From Escherichia phage Ge15, in sequence record PP359696.1: 64,000 bases of DNA; one strand, given 5' to 3'. The position numbers and the translations under genes are program-made. Positions 1 through 10,490 of the stretch are shown piece after piece (position 1 is the first letter of the stretch; every line of letters begins with the position of its first letter). The notes under the pieces are model-generated. The model searched no databases, had not been told where the DNA came from, and was given only the letters and a program-made list of their open reading frames with translations.

Positions 1-10
1 TGAGGAAATT

Positions 11-2188
11 ATGATTATCACCACTGAAAAAGAAACTATTCTTGGCAATGGTTCTAAATCAAAAGCATTTAGCATCGCAGCAAATCCTAAAGTATTTAAA
101 ATTCTATCATCTGATTTGTATACAAACAAGATTCGCGCAGTGGTCCGTGAATTGATTACCAACATGATTGATGCCCATGCTCTTAATGGAAATCCTGAAA
201 AATTTATCATTCAAGTTCCAGGACGATTAGATCCACGATTTGTTTGCCGAGATTTTGGTCCGGGTATGAGTGATTTTGATATTCAGGGTGATGATAATTC
301 TCCTGGTTTGTATAATTCATACTTCAGTTCATCTAAGGCTGAATCTAACGATTTCATTGGCGGATTTGGTTTAGGTTCTAAATCTCCGTTTAGTTATACT
401 GATACGTTTAGTATTACTTCGTATCATAAAGGTAAAATTCGTGGTTATGTAGCTTACATGGATGGCGATGGTCCACAAATTAAACCTACATTCGTGAAAG
501 AAATGGGTCCAGATGATAAAACTGGTATTGAAATTGTAGTTCCAGTTGAAGAAAAAGATTTTAGCAACTTTGCTTATGAAGTTTCTTATATCATGCGACC
601 GTTCAAAGATTTAGCTATTATTAATGGTCTTGACCGTGAAATTGATTATTTTCCGGATTTTGATGACTATTACGGTGTAAATCCAGAAAGATACTGGCCT
701 GATCGTGGTGGATTATATGCTATCTATGGCGGTATTGTTTATCCTATCGATGGTGTTATTAGAGACCGTAACTGGTTAAGCATTCGTAATGAAGTGAATT
801 ACATTAAATTTCCAATGGGTTCACTTGATATTGCTCCATCACGTGAAGCTCTTTCATTGGATGATCGCACTCGTAAAAATATTATTGAACGAGTTAAAGA
901 GCTTAGTGAGAAAGCATTTAATGAAGATGTAAAACGATTTAAAGAATCTACATCTCCTCGTCACACATACCGTGAATTGATGAAGATGGGGTATTCTGCT
1001 CGAGATTATATGATTAGTAATTCAGTCAAATTCACGACTAAAAATCTGTCATATAAGAAAATGCAGAGCATGTTTGAACCTGACAGTAAGTTATGCAATG
1101 CAGGAGTTGTGTATGAAGTAAATCTTGACCCTCGACTGAAACGCATTAAGCAAAGCCATGAAACTTCAGCCGTTGCATCAAGTTATCGTCTGTTTGGTAT
1201 TAATACAACAAAAATTAATATCGTTATTGATAATATTAAAAATCGTGTTAATATTGTCCGTGGATTAGCGCATGCGTTAGATGATAGTGAATTTAATAAC
1301 ACTTTGAATATTCATCATAATGAGCGTCTTCTGTTTATTAATCCGGAAGTAGAATCGCAGATTGATTTACTTCCTGATATTATGGCAATGTTTGAAAGTG
1401 ATGAAGTTAACATTCATTATTTGTCAGAAATTGAAGCTTTAGTTAAAAGTTATATTCCGAAGGCAGTTAAAAGTAAAGCTCCTCGTCCTAAAGCTGCTAC
1501 AGCATTTAAGTTTGAAATTAAAGACGGGCGCTGGGAAAAAGAGGAACTGTTTACACTTACGTCAGAAGCAGATGAAATTACTGGTTATGTAGCGTATATG
1601 CATCGTTCTGATATTTTCTCTATGGATGGTACTACATCTCTTTGTCATCCATCTATGAATATTTTGATTCGTATGGCTAATCTTATTGGCATTAATGAAT
1701 TTTATGTTATTCGTCCGCTTTTACAGAAAAAGGTAAAAGAACTCGGTCAGTGCCAATGTATTTTTGAAGCTTTGCGTGATTTATATGTAGATGCTTTTGA
1801 TGATGTAGATTATGATAAGTACGTAGGTTATTCAAGTTCAGCTCAACGATATATTGATAAAATTATCAAGTATCCTGAACTAGATTTTATGATGAAGTAC
1901 TTCAGTACAGATGAAGTTTCTGAAGAATATACACGACTCGCTAATATAGTTAGTTCATTGCGGGGCGTATATTTCAACGGTGGAAAAGGTACCATCGGTC
2001 ATGACATCTGGACAGTAACTAATCTTTTTGATGTATTATCAAATAATGCTTCAAAAAACAGTGATAAAATGGTTGCTGAGTTTACCAAGAAATTCCGTAT
2101 TGTTTCCGACTTCATCGGTTATCGCAACTCTTTAAGTGATGATGAAGTTTCTCAAATCGCTAAAACTATGAAGGCCCTTGCGGCCTAA
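11..2188 (+). CDS. rIIA: rIIA protein (membrane-associated, rapid-lysis/exclusion-related)
   Basis: 725-aa ORF; sequence and length match T4 rIIA; followed directly by rIIB. Confidence 0.9.
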   Translation: MIITTEKETILGNGSKSKAFSIAANPKVFKILSSDLYTNKIRAVVRELITNMIDAHALNGNPEKFIIQVPGRLDPRFVCRDFGPGMSDFDIQGDDNSPGLYNSYFSSSKAESNDFIGGFGLGSKSPFSYTDTFSITSYHKGKIRGYVAYMDGDGPQIKPTFVKEMGPDDKTGIEIVVPVEEKDFSNFAYEVSYIMRPFKDLAIINGLDREIDYFPDFDDYYGVNPERYWPDRGGLYAIYGGIVYPIDGVIRDRNWLSIRNEVNYIKFPMGSLDIAPSREALSLDDRTRKNIIERVKELSEKAFNEDVKRFKESTSPRHTYRELMKMGYSARDYMISNSVKFTTKNLSYKKMQSMFEPDSKLCNAGVVYEVNLDPRLKRIKQSHETSAVASSYRLFGINTTKINIVIDNIKNRVNIVRGLAHALDDSEFNNTLNIHHNERLLFINPEVESQIDLLPDIMAMFESDEVNIHYLSEIEALVKSYIPKAVKSKAPRPKAATAFKFEIKDGRWEKEELFTLTSEADEITGYVAYMHRSDIFSMDGTTSLCHPSMNILIRMANLIGINEFYVIRPLLQKKVKELGQCQCIFEALRDLYVDAFDDVDYDKYVGYSSSAQRYIDKIIKYPELDFMMKYFSTDEVSEEYTRLANIVSSLRGVYFNGGKGTIGHDIWTVTNLFDVLSNNASKNSDKMVAEFTKKFRIVSDFIGYRNSLSDDEVSQIAKTMKALAA

Positions 2189-2199
2189 TAAGGAAAATT

Positions 2200-3138
2200 A
2201 TGTACAATATTAAATGCCTGACCAAAAACGAACAAGCTGAAATTGTTAAGCTGTATTCAAGTGGTAATTACACCCAACAGGAATTGGCTGATTGGCAAGG
2301 TGTATCGGTTGACACAATTCGTCGTGTTTTGAAAAATGCTGAAGAAGCTAAACGCTCTAAAGTTACTATTAGCGGTGATATTACAATTAAAGTTAATAGC
2401 GATGCAGTTATTGCTCCAGTTGCTAAATCTGACATTATTTGGAATGCATCTAAAAAATTCATTTCAATTACTGTTGACGGTGTAACTTATAACGCAACAC
2501 CTAATACTCATTCAAACTTCCAGGAAATTCTCAATCTGCTTGTAGCGGATAAGCTGGAAGAAGCGGCACAAAAAATTAATGTTCGTCGCGCTGTTGAAAA
2601 ATATATTTCCGGCGATGTTCGAATTGAAGGTGGAAGCTTATTCTATCAAAATATTGAATTGCGGTCTGGTTTGGTTGATCGTATTCTTGATTCGATGGAA
2701 AAAGGTGAAAACTTTGAATTTTATTTTCCGTTCTTGGAAAATCTGCTGGAAAACCCAAGCCAGAAAGCGGTATCTCGACTCTTTGATTTCTTGGTAGCAA
2801 ACGATATTGAAATTACAGAAGATGGTTACTTCTATGCTTGGAAAGTAGTTCGTGACAACTACTTTGACTGTCACTCAAACACCTTTGATAACAGTCCTGG
2901 TAAAGTAGTTAAAATGCCGCGTACTCGTGTGAATGACGATGATACACAAACTTGTTCTCGTGGTCTGCATGTGTGTTCTAAATCTTATATTCGTCACTTT
3001 GGCAGTTCAACCAGCCGAGTTGTAAAAGTTAAAGTACATCCACGTGATGTAGTATCAATTCCGATTGATTACAACGATGCTAAAATGCGTACCTGCCAAT
3101 ACGAAGTAGTTGAAGACGTTACTGAACAATTTAAATAA
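2200..3138 (+). CDS. rIIB: rIIB protein
   Basis: 312-aa ORF, same length as T4 rIIB; RBS aaggaaaatt upstream; synteny with rIIA. Confidence 0.9.
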   Translation: MYNIKCLTKNEQAEIVKLYSSGNYTQQELADWQGVSVDTIRRVLKNAEEAKRSKVTISGDITIKVNSDAVIAPVAKSDIIWNASKKFISITVDGVTYNATPNTHSNFQEILNLLVADKLEEAAQKINVRRAVEKYISGDVRIEGGSLFYQNIELRSGLVDRILDSMEKGENFEFYFPFLENLLENPSQKAVSRLFDFLVANDIEITEDGYFYAWKVVRDNYFDCHSNTFDNSPGKVVKMPRTRVNDDDTQTCSRGLHVCSKSYIRHFGSSTSRVVKVKVHPRDVVSIPIDYNDAKMRTCQYEVVEDVTEQFK

Positions 3139-3152
3139 GGGCTTCGGCCCTT
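3137..3152 (+). terminator. hairpin aagggcttcggccctt (UUCG loop) after rIIB
   Basis: perfect 6-bp GC stem with ttcg loop immediately after rIIB stop. Confidence 0.5.
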
Positions 3153-3170
3153 ATCATATTAAGGAAAATT

Positions 3171-3365
3171 ATGTTAGGTTATCAAGCACGAGTAAAAGAA
3201 GAATACGATCAATTAATGCTCAAAATTAATGCACTGAGCAAATTTTTAGAAAGCACAAAGTTTCTAACGGTTAGTGCAGTTGAGCAAGAACTGCTGCTTT
3301 CACAGTTCATCTCAATGAAATCTTATGCTGAGTGTCTAGAGAAAAGAATCGCACAATTTAAATAA
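3171..3365 (+). CDS. small hypothetical protein (rIIB.1-like position)
   Basis: 64-aa ORF with RBS aaggaaaatt; bracketed by two identical hairpins. Confidence 0.5.
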   Translation: MLGYQARVKEEYDQLMLKINALSKFLESTKFLTVSAVEQELLLSQFISMKSYAECLEKRIAQFK

Positions 3366-3368
3366 AAT

Positions 3369-3386
3369 AAGGGCTTCGGCCCTTTT
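3369..3386 (+). terminator. hairpin aagggcttcggccctttt
   Basis: same stem-loop as 3137-3152 followed by T-run. Confidence 0.5.
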
Positions 3387-3428
3387 GTTTTAAGAGAAAT
3401 TATGATTCCGACATAAAGGAAAGTTTAA

Positions 3429-3986
3429 ATGCAGAAAACGAATCCGGGTTTACAGAGACTATTTCAGATTCCGACATTTACCCTATCGAACAGTGACTTG
3501 ACTAGTGAAATGAAGGTCAAAATTGCTGATACAGCAAGATACTCTTTAAAACAAAACCCGAACCAGGATAAAGCAGAAGTTATTGAAAGATGCCGTATCG
3601 CAGTGTATGCTGAGTATGTTGTAGCAGATTGGTTAAGTGGGTATGTTAACAAAGGTCAAGAAGACGTCGATGATCCGTATACATATGCATGGGATGTTTT
3701 AGCACATCCAAAATACTGCGGGCTTCGGGTAGAAGTTAAAACACACCAAACTGACTCTCGATGGATTTCAGTAACGACAGGATACAGCGGAGAGTATCCA
3801 TACGGTTCTGGAATAAATCTAGGGCCCATTCTAAATCATCAAGTCGCTGACTGTATAATTATATTCAACACTAAAGAAATTCATCCAGGTGTCATCCAGT
3901 ACACTCCAAAGTTCATTGGGGATAGAGAAGACCTTCGTAAGGTAGTGCGAAAAAGCAACTACAACGGATGGTATCTTTCCATCTAA
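3429..3986 (+). CDS. denB: endonuclease IV (cytosine-DNA specific)
   Basis: 185-aa ORF; size and position after rIIB match T4 denB. Confidence 0.75.
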   Translation: MQKTNPGLQRLFQIPTFTLSNSDLTSEMKVKIADTARYSLKQNPNQDKAEVIERCRIAVYAEYVVADWLSGYVNKGQEDVDDPYTYAWDVLAHPKYCGLRVEVKTHQTDSRWISVTTGYSGEYPYGSGINLGPILNHQVADCIIIFNTKEIHPGVIQYTPKFIGDREDLRKVVRKSNYNGWYLSI

Positions 3987-4003
3987 AAATTTTCATAAAC
4001 TAG

Positions 4004-4032
4004 TTTACATACCACAAGGACCGTGGTACTAT
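4004..4032 (+). promoter_or_regulatory. T4-type early promoter (GTTTAC -35, 17-bp spacer, TACTAT -10)
   Basis: gtttac at 4004-4009, tactat at 4027-4032; followed by RBS ggagg and ATG at 4060. Confidence 0.5.
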
Positions 4033-4059
4033 ACAACTATCAACTACGGAGGAACAAAA

Positions 4060-4323
4060 ATGAAATTTAAATTCTTTTATGTTAAACATAAAATCACAGG
4101 TGAATTTGTTTATGTACAATATTCTGAAATTGACGATGCAACATCATTTATTTCATTGGGATTGTCTAAATATGAATCAGATCAACCATATCTTACTGAT
4201 AAATTGCAACAAGAGCGTTTGCTGAATGGTGATTTAAACAATTCTTGGGAAGTTCTTATTTACGATGATTTAAAGAAAGCTATTAAAGAAAATAATCTTG
4301 AAATCATTGAGATTGAACTATGA
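4060..4323 (+). CDS. hypothetical protein
   Basis: 87-aa ORF with strong RBS ggagg. Confidence 0.55.
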   Translation: MKFKFFYVKHKITGEFVYVQYSEIDDATSFISLGLSKYESDQPYLTDKLQQERLLNGDLNNSWEVLIYDDLKKAIKENNLEIIEIEL

Positions 4324-4508
4324 GTTCATTATGGTGGTGTTTTGTTTGGTTAATTAGTATTCCATTGATTTGTTTAACATTTACTTTTGTGATGAGGTTA
4401 TTATGAAAATTTTTAATTCTGTACTTATTGCTTGTGCGTGGTGGGTTGCGCAAGTTTCGGCAGTAGTGATTGGTATTCACATTTATTACGAATATTTTTA
4501 AAAAAGTT

Positions 4509-4538
4509 GTTTACAAGACTGTTCTTCCGTGGTACTAT
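4509..4538 (+). promoter_or_regulatory. T4-type early promoter
   Basis: gtttac 4509-4514, tactat 4533-4538; same cassette as at 4004 and 23949. Confidence 0.5.
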
Positions 4539-4566
4539 TACCCTATCAACTACGGAGGAACAGAAA

Positions 4567-4680
4567 ATGAAAAAGATTGTTAAAGCTATATGGAATGTAG
4601 TTATAATACTAATAGTTTTGAGTATATTCCCAATCGTTTTAATGATTGATATGTTAAACGCTTATTTTGGATTTATGTGA
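4567..4680 (+). CDS. small hydrophobic membrane peptide (37 aa)
   Basis: ATG after RBS ggagg; hydrophobic core IILIVLSIFPIVLMI; shorter than the 60-aa ORF track cutoff. Confidence 0.4.
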   Translation: MKKIVKAIWNVVIILIVLSIFPIVLMIDMLNAYFGFM

Positions 4681-4687
4681 GGAAAAT

Positions 4688-4885
4688 ATGAAACGTAAGC
4701 GTAGTGCTTTTACATTTATTGAATGGTTTTTCGATAATATTTTTCCGGCTTTATTCATTTTCATGCTGATTTTCGCCTTGGGTTCAGTTGTGGTTGGAAT
4801 CTATTTGATGGCAGTTGTCGGAATGGACATTCATCAAAATGGCTTAAAATCTGTAGTTGAAACAATTTGGAATGGTGTAAAATAA
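4688..4885 (+). CDS. small membrane protein (65 aa)
   Basis: RBS gagg then ATG; two hydrophobic segments. Confidence 0.45.
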   Translation: MKRKRSAFTFIEWFFDNIFPALFIFMLIFALGSVVVGIYLMAVVGMDIHQNGLKSVVETIWNGVK

Positions 4886-5000
4886 TGAATTTACTGAGCA
4901 TTTGGTTTTATATTCTTATGTTTTACATTGGTGCAAATTTTCCATATTGGATGGGATGGTCAACAACTGCATTCGGATTTTATACTCCTTGAGGTGAATT

Positions 5001-5216
5001 ATGAAAAGCTTTAAAGATGTAAAAGTTGGTGAAATTTTCTGTTTAGATAACGGTGATCAGTTAATTCGCATTTCACCTCTTAAGAGCACTAGCGAGAAAC
5101 CGACAGTTAATGCTACTTTAACAAATAACAGTAATGAACGTTTCTGTATTGAAAATGATACTGAAACTTATACCGTAGAAGAGTTTTGGGAATTGAGCGT
5201 CGACTGCGACGATTAA
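5001..5216 (+). CDS. hypothetical protein
   Basis: 71-aa ORF with RBS gaggtg. Confidence 0.5.
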   Translation: MKSFKDVKVGEIFCLDNGDQLIRISPLKSTSEKPTVNATLTNNSNERFCIENDTETYTVEEFWELSVDCDD

Positions 5217-5276
5217 TTTAATGGCCGCGTGTATTCATGCGGCCTTGGAGTAGAAAATAATTTAGAGGAAATTAAT

Positions 5277-5735
5277 ATGAAATATATGACTGTTACTGAT
5301 CTGAATAATGCAGGCGCTACTGTTATTGGTACAATCAAGGGCGGTGAGTGGTTTTTGGGAACTCCACATAAAGACGTTTTATCTAAACCTGGATTTTACT
5401 TTTTAGTGAGTAAATTAGATGGTCGTCCATTTAGTAATCCATGTGTGTCTGCACGATTTTATGTAGGTAATCAGCGTTCTAAGCAAGGATTCAGCGCAGT
5501 TCTAAGTCATATTCGTCAACGCCGGTCTCAGCTTGCGCGTACTATTGCAAATAACAATGTTCCATACACAGTATTTTATCTGCCTGCTTCTAAGATGAAA
5601 CCTCTGACGACGGGATTTGGAAAAGGACAGTTAGCTTTAGCGTTTACTCGTAATCATCATTCTGAGTATCAAACACTTGAAGAAATGAACCGTATGTTGG
5701 CTGATAACTTTAAATTTGTTTTGCAGGCATATTAA
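5277..5735 (+). CDS. ndd: nucleoid disruption protein
   Basis: 152-codon ORF from MKYMTVTDL with RBS gagg; matches T4 Ndd sequence and length. Confidence 0.8.
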
Positions 5736-5815
5736 TGAGTAATTTCCATAACGAACATGTGATGCAGTTCTATCGTAATAATCTTAAAACTAAAGGCGTC
5801 TTCGGACGCCAGTGA
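5735..5815 (+). CDS. stp: Stp peptide (26 aa; activator of host PrrC anticodon nuclease)
   Basis: translation [26 protein letters not shown] equals T4 Stp; start overlaps ndd stop (TAATG). Confidence 0.8.
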
Positions 5816-5822
5816 GGAAAAT

Positions 5823-5981
5823 ATGAATATCGCAAAATTATTAGGAGTTATTTCATTTATTTGCTGGATAGTAGCATGTGTTTTAACTATCTGTATCGAT
5901 GCTAGCAGTGTGTTTTCGCAAGCTTTAGCTCAGGGTATGTGTGCATATTTAACATTTGTGTTGTTATCTACTAATGATTAA
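5823..5981 (+). CDS. ac: small membrane protein (52 aa), possible ac
   Basis: RBS gagg; hydrophobic; size and position between stp and gene 52 fit T4 ac. Confidence 0.4.
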   Translation: MNIAKLLGVISFICWIVACVLTICIDASSVFSQALAQGMCAYLTFVLLSTND

Positions 5982-6115
5982 GAAAATCTTGGGCTATTCA
6001 TTAGCCCTTGCTACTTTATTAGTAGCACTATATTATGGAGTAATGTTCGGATTAATTCAAGTCGTGCTTTTCATTTCTGATGTTATTATGGCACTACATT
6101 CACTAGTATGGTAAA
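5975..6115 (+). CDS. small hydrophobic peptide (46 aa)
   Basis: ORF overlapping the preceding stop; strongly hydrophobic. Confidence 0.35.
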
Positions 6116-6118
6116 TTT

Positions 6119-7447
6119 ATGCAACTGAATAATCGCGATTTAAAAAGTATCATTGATAATGAAGCATTGGCTTATGCTATGTACACGGTTGAAAATCGTG
6201 CTATCCCAAATATGATTGATGGATTTAAGCCAGTTCAACGATTTGTTATTGCTCGAGCTCTTGATTTGGCACGAGGAAATAAAGATAAGTTTCATAAGCT
6301 CGCTTCTATCGCAGGTGGTGTAGCGGACCTTGGATATCACCATGGCGAAAACTCTGCGCAAGATGCGGGAGCTTTGATGGCTAACACTTGGAATAATAAC
6401 TTTCCTCTGTTAGATGGTCAAGGAAACTTTGGTTCTCGTACCGTTCAAAAGGCAGCGGCGAGTCGTTATATTTTTGCTCGTGTAAGTAAAAATTTCTATA
6501 ACGTGTATAAAGATACTGAATATGCTCCGGTACATCAAGATAAAGAACACATTCCGCCTGCTTTCTATTTGCCTATTATTCCTACTGTTCTTCTTAATGG
6601 CGTTTCCGGTATTGCAACTGGTTATGCAACTTACATTCTTCCTCATAGTGTTTCTTCTGTCAAGAAAGCTGTACTGCAAGCTATTCAAGGAAAGAAAGTA
6701 ACTAAACCGAAGGTAGAATTCCCAGAATTTCGTGGTGAAGTCGTTGAGATTGACGGTCAATATGAAATTCGTGGAACGTACAAGTTTACTTCACGAACTC
6801 AAATGAATATCACTGAGATTCCGTATAAGTATGATCGTGAAACTTATGTGAGTAAAATCTTAGACCCACTTGAAGATAAAGGCTTCATTACATGGGATGA
6901 TGCTTGTGGTGAGCATGGCTTTGGCTTCAAAGTTAAATTCCGTAAAGAATATTCTTTGAGCGATAACGAAGAAGAACGCCATGCAAAAATTATGAAAGAC
7001 TTTGGGTTGATTGAGCGTCGTTCTCAGAATATTACGGTTATTAATGAGAAAGGAAAACTGCAAGTTTACGATAACGTAGTTGATTTAATCAAAGACTTCG
7101 TCGAAGTTCGTAAAACTTATGTCCAAAAACGAATTGATAACAAAATTAAAGAAACTGAGTCAGCTTTTCGTTTAGCCTTTGCCAAGGCACATTTCATTAA
7201 GAAAGTAATTTCAGGTGAAATTGTTGTACAGGGTAAAACTCGTAAAGAACTGACCGAAGAACTTTCGAAAATCGATATGTATTCTTCTTATGTTGATAAA
7301 CTAGTTGGAATGAATATTTTTCATATGACTTCCGATGAAGCGAAGAAACTTGCTGAAGAAGCTAAAGCTAAAAAAGAAGAAAACGAATATTGGAAAACTA
7401 CTGATGTAGTTACTGAATACACCAAAGATTTAGAGGAAATCAAATGA
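6119..7447 (+). CDS. 52: DNA topoisomerase II medium subunit (GyrA-like)
   Basis: 442-aa ORF, same length as T4 gp52; GyrA N-terminal-like sequence. Confidence 0.9.
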   Translation: MQLNNRDLKSIIDNEALAYAMYTVENRAIPNMIDGFKPVQRFVIARALDLARGNKDKFHKLASIAGGVADLGYHHGENSAQDAGALMANTWNNNFPLLDGQGNFGSRTVQKAAASRYIFARVSKNFYNVYKDTEYAPVHQDKEHIPPAFYLPIIPTVLLNGVSGIATGYATYILPHSVSSVKKAVLQAIQGKKVTKPKVEFPEFRGEVVEIDGQYEIRGTYKFTSRTQMNITEIPYKYDRETYVSKILDPLEDKGFITWDDACGEHGFGFKVKFRKEYSLSDNEEERHAKIMKDFGLIERRSQNITVINEKGKLQVYDNVVDLIKDFVEVRKTYVQKRIDNKIKETESAFRLAFAKAHFIKKVISGEIVVQGKTRKELTEELSKIDMYSSYVDKLVGMNIFHMTSDEAKKLAEEAKAKKEENEYWKTTDVVTEYTKDLEEIK

Positions 7448-7593
7448 GTCCATTCATTGGTATTACAAGCGCTGCATTAGTATCCGGTAGCATTTTACTG
7501 GCGGGTTTAGGTGTTGTTCCAGCCGTAGCAGGAGGTCTTCTTGCGTTCGGAATTCAACGTGTTATCATGACAGTTATCACAGTCATGCAGTAA
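7444..7593 (+). CDS. small membrane peptide (49 aa)
   Basis: ATG overlapping gene 52 stop; glycine-rich hydrophobic sequence. Confidence 0.4.
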   Translation: MSPFIGITSAALVSGSILLAGLGVVPAVAGGLLAFGIQRVIMTVITVMQ

Positions 7594-7597
7594 TTTT

Positions 7598-7626
7598 AGG
7601 GAGAGCTGAGGCTCTCCCTTTTTTAT
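7598..7626 (+). terminator. rho-independent terminator
   Basis: agggagagc-tgag-gctctccct stem followed by T7 run. Confidence 0.6.
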
Positions 7627-7649
7627 TTCAAAAATTTTTTCACAAAACG

Positions 7650-7679
7650 GTTTACAACCAAAGCATACTGTGGTACTAT
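7650..7679 (+). promoter_or_regulatory. T4-type early promoter upstream of motA
   Basis: gtttac 7650-7655, tactat 7674-7679. Confidence 0.5.
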
Positions 7680-7720
7680 ACAACTATCAACTACTGATAC
7701 AGAATTACGGAGATTAGAAA

Positions 7721-8356
7721 ATGTCTAAAGTAACTTACATCATCAAAGCTTCTAACGATGTTCTGAATGAAAAAACCGCTGCGATTTTAATTACTATTGC
7801 TAAGAAAGATTTCATTACAGCTGCAGAAGTTCGTGAGGTGCATCCAGATTTAGGTAACGCAGTAGTTAATAGTAATATTGGGGTATTGATTAAAAAAGGC
7901 CTGGTAGAGAAATCAGGTGATGGATTAATCATCACAGGCGAAGCGCAAGATATTATTTCAAACGCAGCAACTTTATATGCGCAGGAAAATGCTCCAGAAC
8001 TTCTGAAAAAACGTGCTACTCGTAAAGCTCGCGAGATTACTTCCGATATGGAAGAAGATAAAGATCTCATGTTAAAACTTTTAGATGAAAATGGATTTGT
8101 TCTTAAAAAGGTTGAAACTTACCGCAGTAACTATCTTGCTATTTTAGAAAAACGCACTCATGGAATTCGTAATTTTGAAATTAACAACAATGGAAATATG
8201 CGAATTTTTGGATACAAAATGATGGAACATCATATTCAGAAATTTACTGATATCGGAATGTCATGTAAAATCGCTAAAAACGGTAATGTGTATCTTGACA
8301 TTAAACGCTCGGCAGAAAACATTGAAGCTGTAATCACTGTAGCATCTGAACTGTGA
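7721..8356 (+). CDS. motA: middle-transcription activator MotA
   Basis: 211-aa ORF matching T4 MotA in sequence and length. Confidence 0.9.
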   Translation: MSKVTYIIKASNDVLNEKTAAILITIAKKDFITAAEVREVHPDLGNAVVNSNIGVLIKKGLVEKSGDGLIITGEAQDIISNAATLYAQENAPELLKKRATRKAREITSDMEEDKDLMLKLLDENGFVLKKVETYRSNYLAILEKRTHGIRNFEINNNGNMRIFGYKMMEHHIQKFTDIGMSCKIAKNGNVYLDIKRSAENIEAVITVASEL

Positions 8357-8366
8357 GGAATAAATA

Positions 8367-8696
8367 ATGAACAAGTTAGAAATTGTTAATGAACTTCGTC
8401 GTTGCGCAGAACCTACTCAAGAGGGTTGGGATATTTGGTACCACGGAGCTTATCTTGGAACTATCGTAAAGATTAAGACTGGTAAATACATGATTATTCG
8501 TGAAAGTAAAGATGCTCCAGTAGGTATTCGTAATAATTTTATGGCAGCGATAAGTTCATTTACGGATGCAGCTTACGAAATTTACCTTGCCGATTATAAA
8601 GAATTCCAGGAATCTCAACCGGTTATTCGTTCAATTGGTGTTAACAAAGCTCAGCAGAAAACTTTGTGGCAACGTATTAAAGGATGGTTTAAATGA
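8367..8696 (+). CDS. hypothetical protein
   Basis: 109-aa ORF with RBS gagg. Confidence 0.55.
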   Translation: MNKLEIVNELRRCAEPTQEGWDIWYHGAYLGTIVKIKTGKYMIIRESKDAPVGIRNNFMAAISSFTDAAYEIYLADYKEFQESQPVIRSIGVNKAQQKTLWQRIKGWFK

Positions 8697-9154
8697 ACCC
8701 ATTTATTAATCGTTTAAAAATGCTGAATGTTCCTTTATCTCGTGAAACTCCAGAAAGTCTTGTTGAAAAATTTAAAGCGCATGGTTATAAATGCACAGAA
8801 GAAGATATTCTGAAAGAAGTTCCTGAAATCTGTTGGCAGCCTGCATATTGGGATGAAAACCAAAAGTATCAACGACGAATTGTCTGTGCAGCCAACCGTT
8901 TTAAATTAAAAGATGGACGAACTCTTATTATTCCAGGTGCTCGTCATTATTCTAAAGATATGGCAGAAGTTTTAGATGTAGTTAAACCTCAATTAGTTAC
9001 TCAACAAGTTTGTGATGATGACCAAGGGTTTATTGACCAATATAGTAATTATTGGACACGTGAAGAAGCAATGATTATTGCAACTTACGCTGGACAAGTA
9101 CGTATTGAACGTGGTGGTAATGAAAAAGAACTTTACTCTGAGGACCTTTACTAA
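8693..9154 (+). CDS. hypothetical protein
   Basis: 153-aa ORF, translationally coupled to the previous one. Confidence 0.55.
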   Translation: MNPFINRLKMLNVPLSRETPESLVEKFKAHGYKCTEEDILKEVPEICWQPAYWDENQKYQRRIVCAANRFKLKDGRTLIIPGARHYSKDMAEVLDVVKPQLVTQQVCDDDQGFIDQYSNYWTREEAMIIATYAGQVRIERGGNEKELYSEDLY

Positions 9155-9435
9155 TGAATCTTAAACAACTCCAGATTGATGCTATTGAAGCCCATATTAA
9201 TCATATCAAACGCCTGAATGCTATGATGGAAGAAAATTATGGTACGTATGCTAATCAGCCTGGTTGGGATGCTTTAGACCATCCTTATTTGGTTAATTTA
9301 TGTAAAGGTGATACGTTAGCAATTATTCGTGATGGGTTAAAACCTTTCTTGCGCGACATGTATATTAAAATGAACGAAGAAATTATTAGCTCGTTGCAGT
9401 ATCAATTAAGGAAATTAGATGATGAGAATAATTGA
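9154..9435 (+). CDS. hypothetical protein
   Basis: 93-aa ORF, coupled start. Confidence 0.5.
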   Translation: MNLKQLQIDAIEAHINHIKRLNAMMEENYGTYANQPGWDALDHPYLVNLCKGDTLAIIRDGLKPFLRDMYIKMNEEIISSLQYQLRKLDDENN

Positions 9436-9637
9436 TTCTAAAGCAGATTATTTTAATTCTGTTAATGATAAGAATAAAGCTTTAATTCGTCACTTTATTA
9501 CTGAGATGGGATATACTGACTCTAAAGATTTGAAAGAGCACATTATAGAATGTTCTGTGGCTAAAAAGTTTTCTTTCACAGACAAATGTTTAAACGAGGT
9601 TATAAATCATTATGAACAATCTTGTAGCAAAACATGA
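9419..9637 (+). CDS. hypothetical protein
   Basis: 72-aa ORF. Confidence 0.45.
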   Translation: MMRIIDSKADYFNSVNDKNKALIRHFITEMGYTDSKDLKEHIIECSVAKKFSFTDKCLNEVINHYEQSCSKT

Positions 9638-9718
9638 TTTCAATAAGGCTTCCGTCCATAAGGACAAAAAGAAATCAGAACTTCAATCTAAACGTAAACA
9701 AAAACATAAGGGTAAAGA

Positions 9719-10020
9719 CTATGCTTACTAAAATCAAAGAAAATCCTGCCACTGAACTTGTTATTCGATGTGAAGAACTTGCAGAGCTTTATCAGGTTAA
9801 CCGAGAAGTGTGTCGTAGTGTTATCGTAGATATGGAAGACGAAGTATGTTCTCGTATTCCTTTTAGTGTCGATTTCAATCACATGAAGCCTGGTGAAATC
9901 ACTATCGTCTTTGGTTCTGACTATACTGAAGAACGGGCTCTTAATGCCCTAGAATATGAAATGTCATTCTTCGACATACAGGACTACATTGATAGTTATA
10001 AGGAACAATATGAGTCATAA
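9719..10020 (+). CDS. hypothetical acidic protein; position compatible with Arn-like anti-restriction protein
   Basis: 100-aa ORF from MLTKIKE (alternative upstream start at 9634); name inferred only from position near asiA. Confidence 0.4.
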
Positions 10021-10171
10021 TCTTCAGAACGTAGTAGAGGCCGAACGTGAGCGTGAGGCTTTAGTCTATAATGAACTATTAGCTCCGTTCTTAGCCTTAC
10101 ACTCGTACGAACAGGAAGTCTACATTGATTATGTTAAAAGCGTAGAAAAGGCCGTTTACAATCAACACTGA
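10010..10171 (+). CDS. small hypothetical protein (53 aa)
   Basis: ATG with RBS aaggaac. Confidence 0.4.
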   Translation: MSHNLQNVVEAEREREALVYNELLAPFLALHSYEQEVYIDYVKSVEKAVYNQH

Positions 10172-10217
10172 TAATGGTACTATATCCATATCAACCAAGT
10201 GGAATGAATAAAACGTT

Positions 10218-10490
10218 ATGAATAAAGACATTGAAATCGTACGTGAAATTATTACTATTGCTTCTATTTTGATTAAATTCTCTAGGGAAGATATTGTTGA
10301 AGACCGAGCAAGTTTCATCGGATTCTTGAATGAGATTGGAATTAAAAAAGATGGTCGGCAGCTAAATCAGAATTCGTTCAGAAAACTAATTACAAATTTA
10401 ACTGCCGAAGAAAAGAAAACACTGATTAGTGAATTCAATGAAGGTTTTGAAAATATTTATCGTCATTTAGCGATGTATTCTAACAACTAA
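10218..10490 (+). CDS. asiA: anti-sigma70 factor AsiA
   Basis: 90-aa ORF matching T4 AsiA. Confidence 0.9.
   Translation: MNKDIEIVREIITIASILIKFSREDIVEDRASFIGFLNEIGIKKDGRQLNQNSFRKLITNLTAEEKKTLISEFNEGFENIYRHLAMYSNN

Noticed and set aside
2268-2874. Several 60-80 codon ORFs on both strands inside rIIB
   Set aside because: They lie entirely within the well-supported 312-aa rIIB frame, lack RBS and have atypical composition; spurious frames.
5793-5812. Hairpin ggcgtcttcggacgcc resembling a terminator
   Set aside because: It lies inside the stp coding sequence (codes KGVFGRQ) and is followed directly by the next RBS; may modulate translation but is not called as a terminator.
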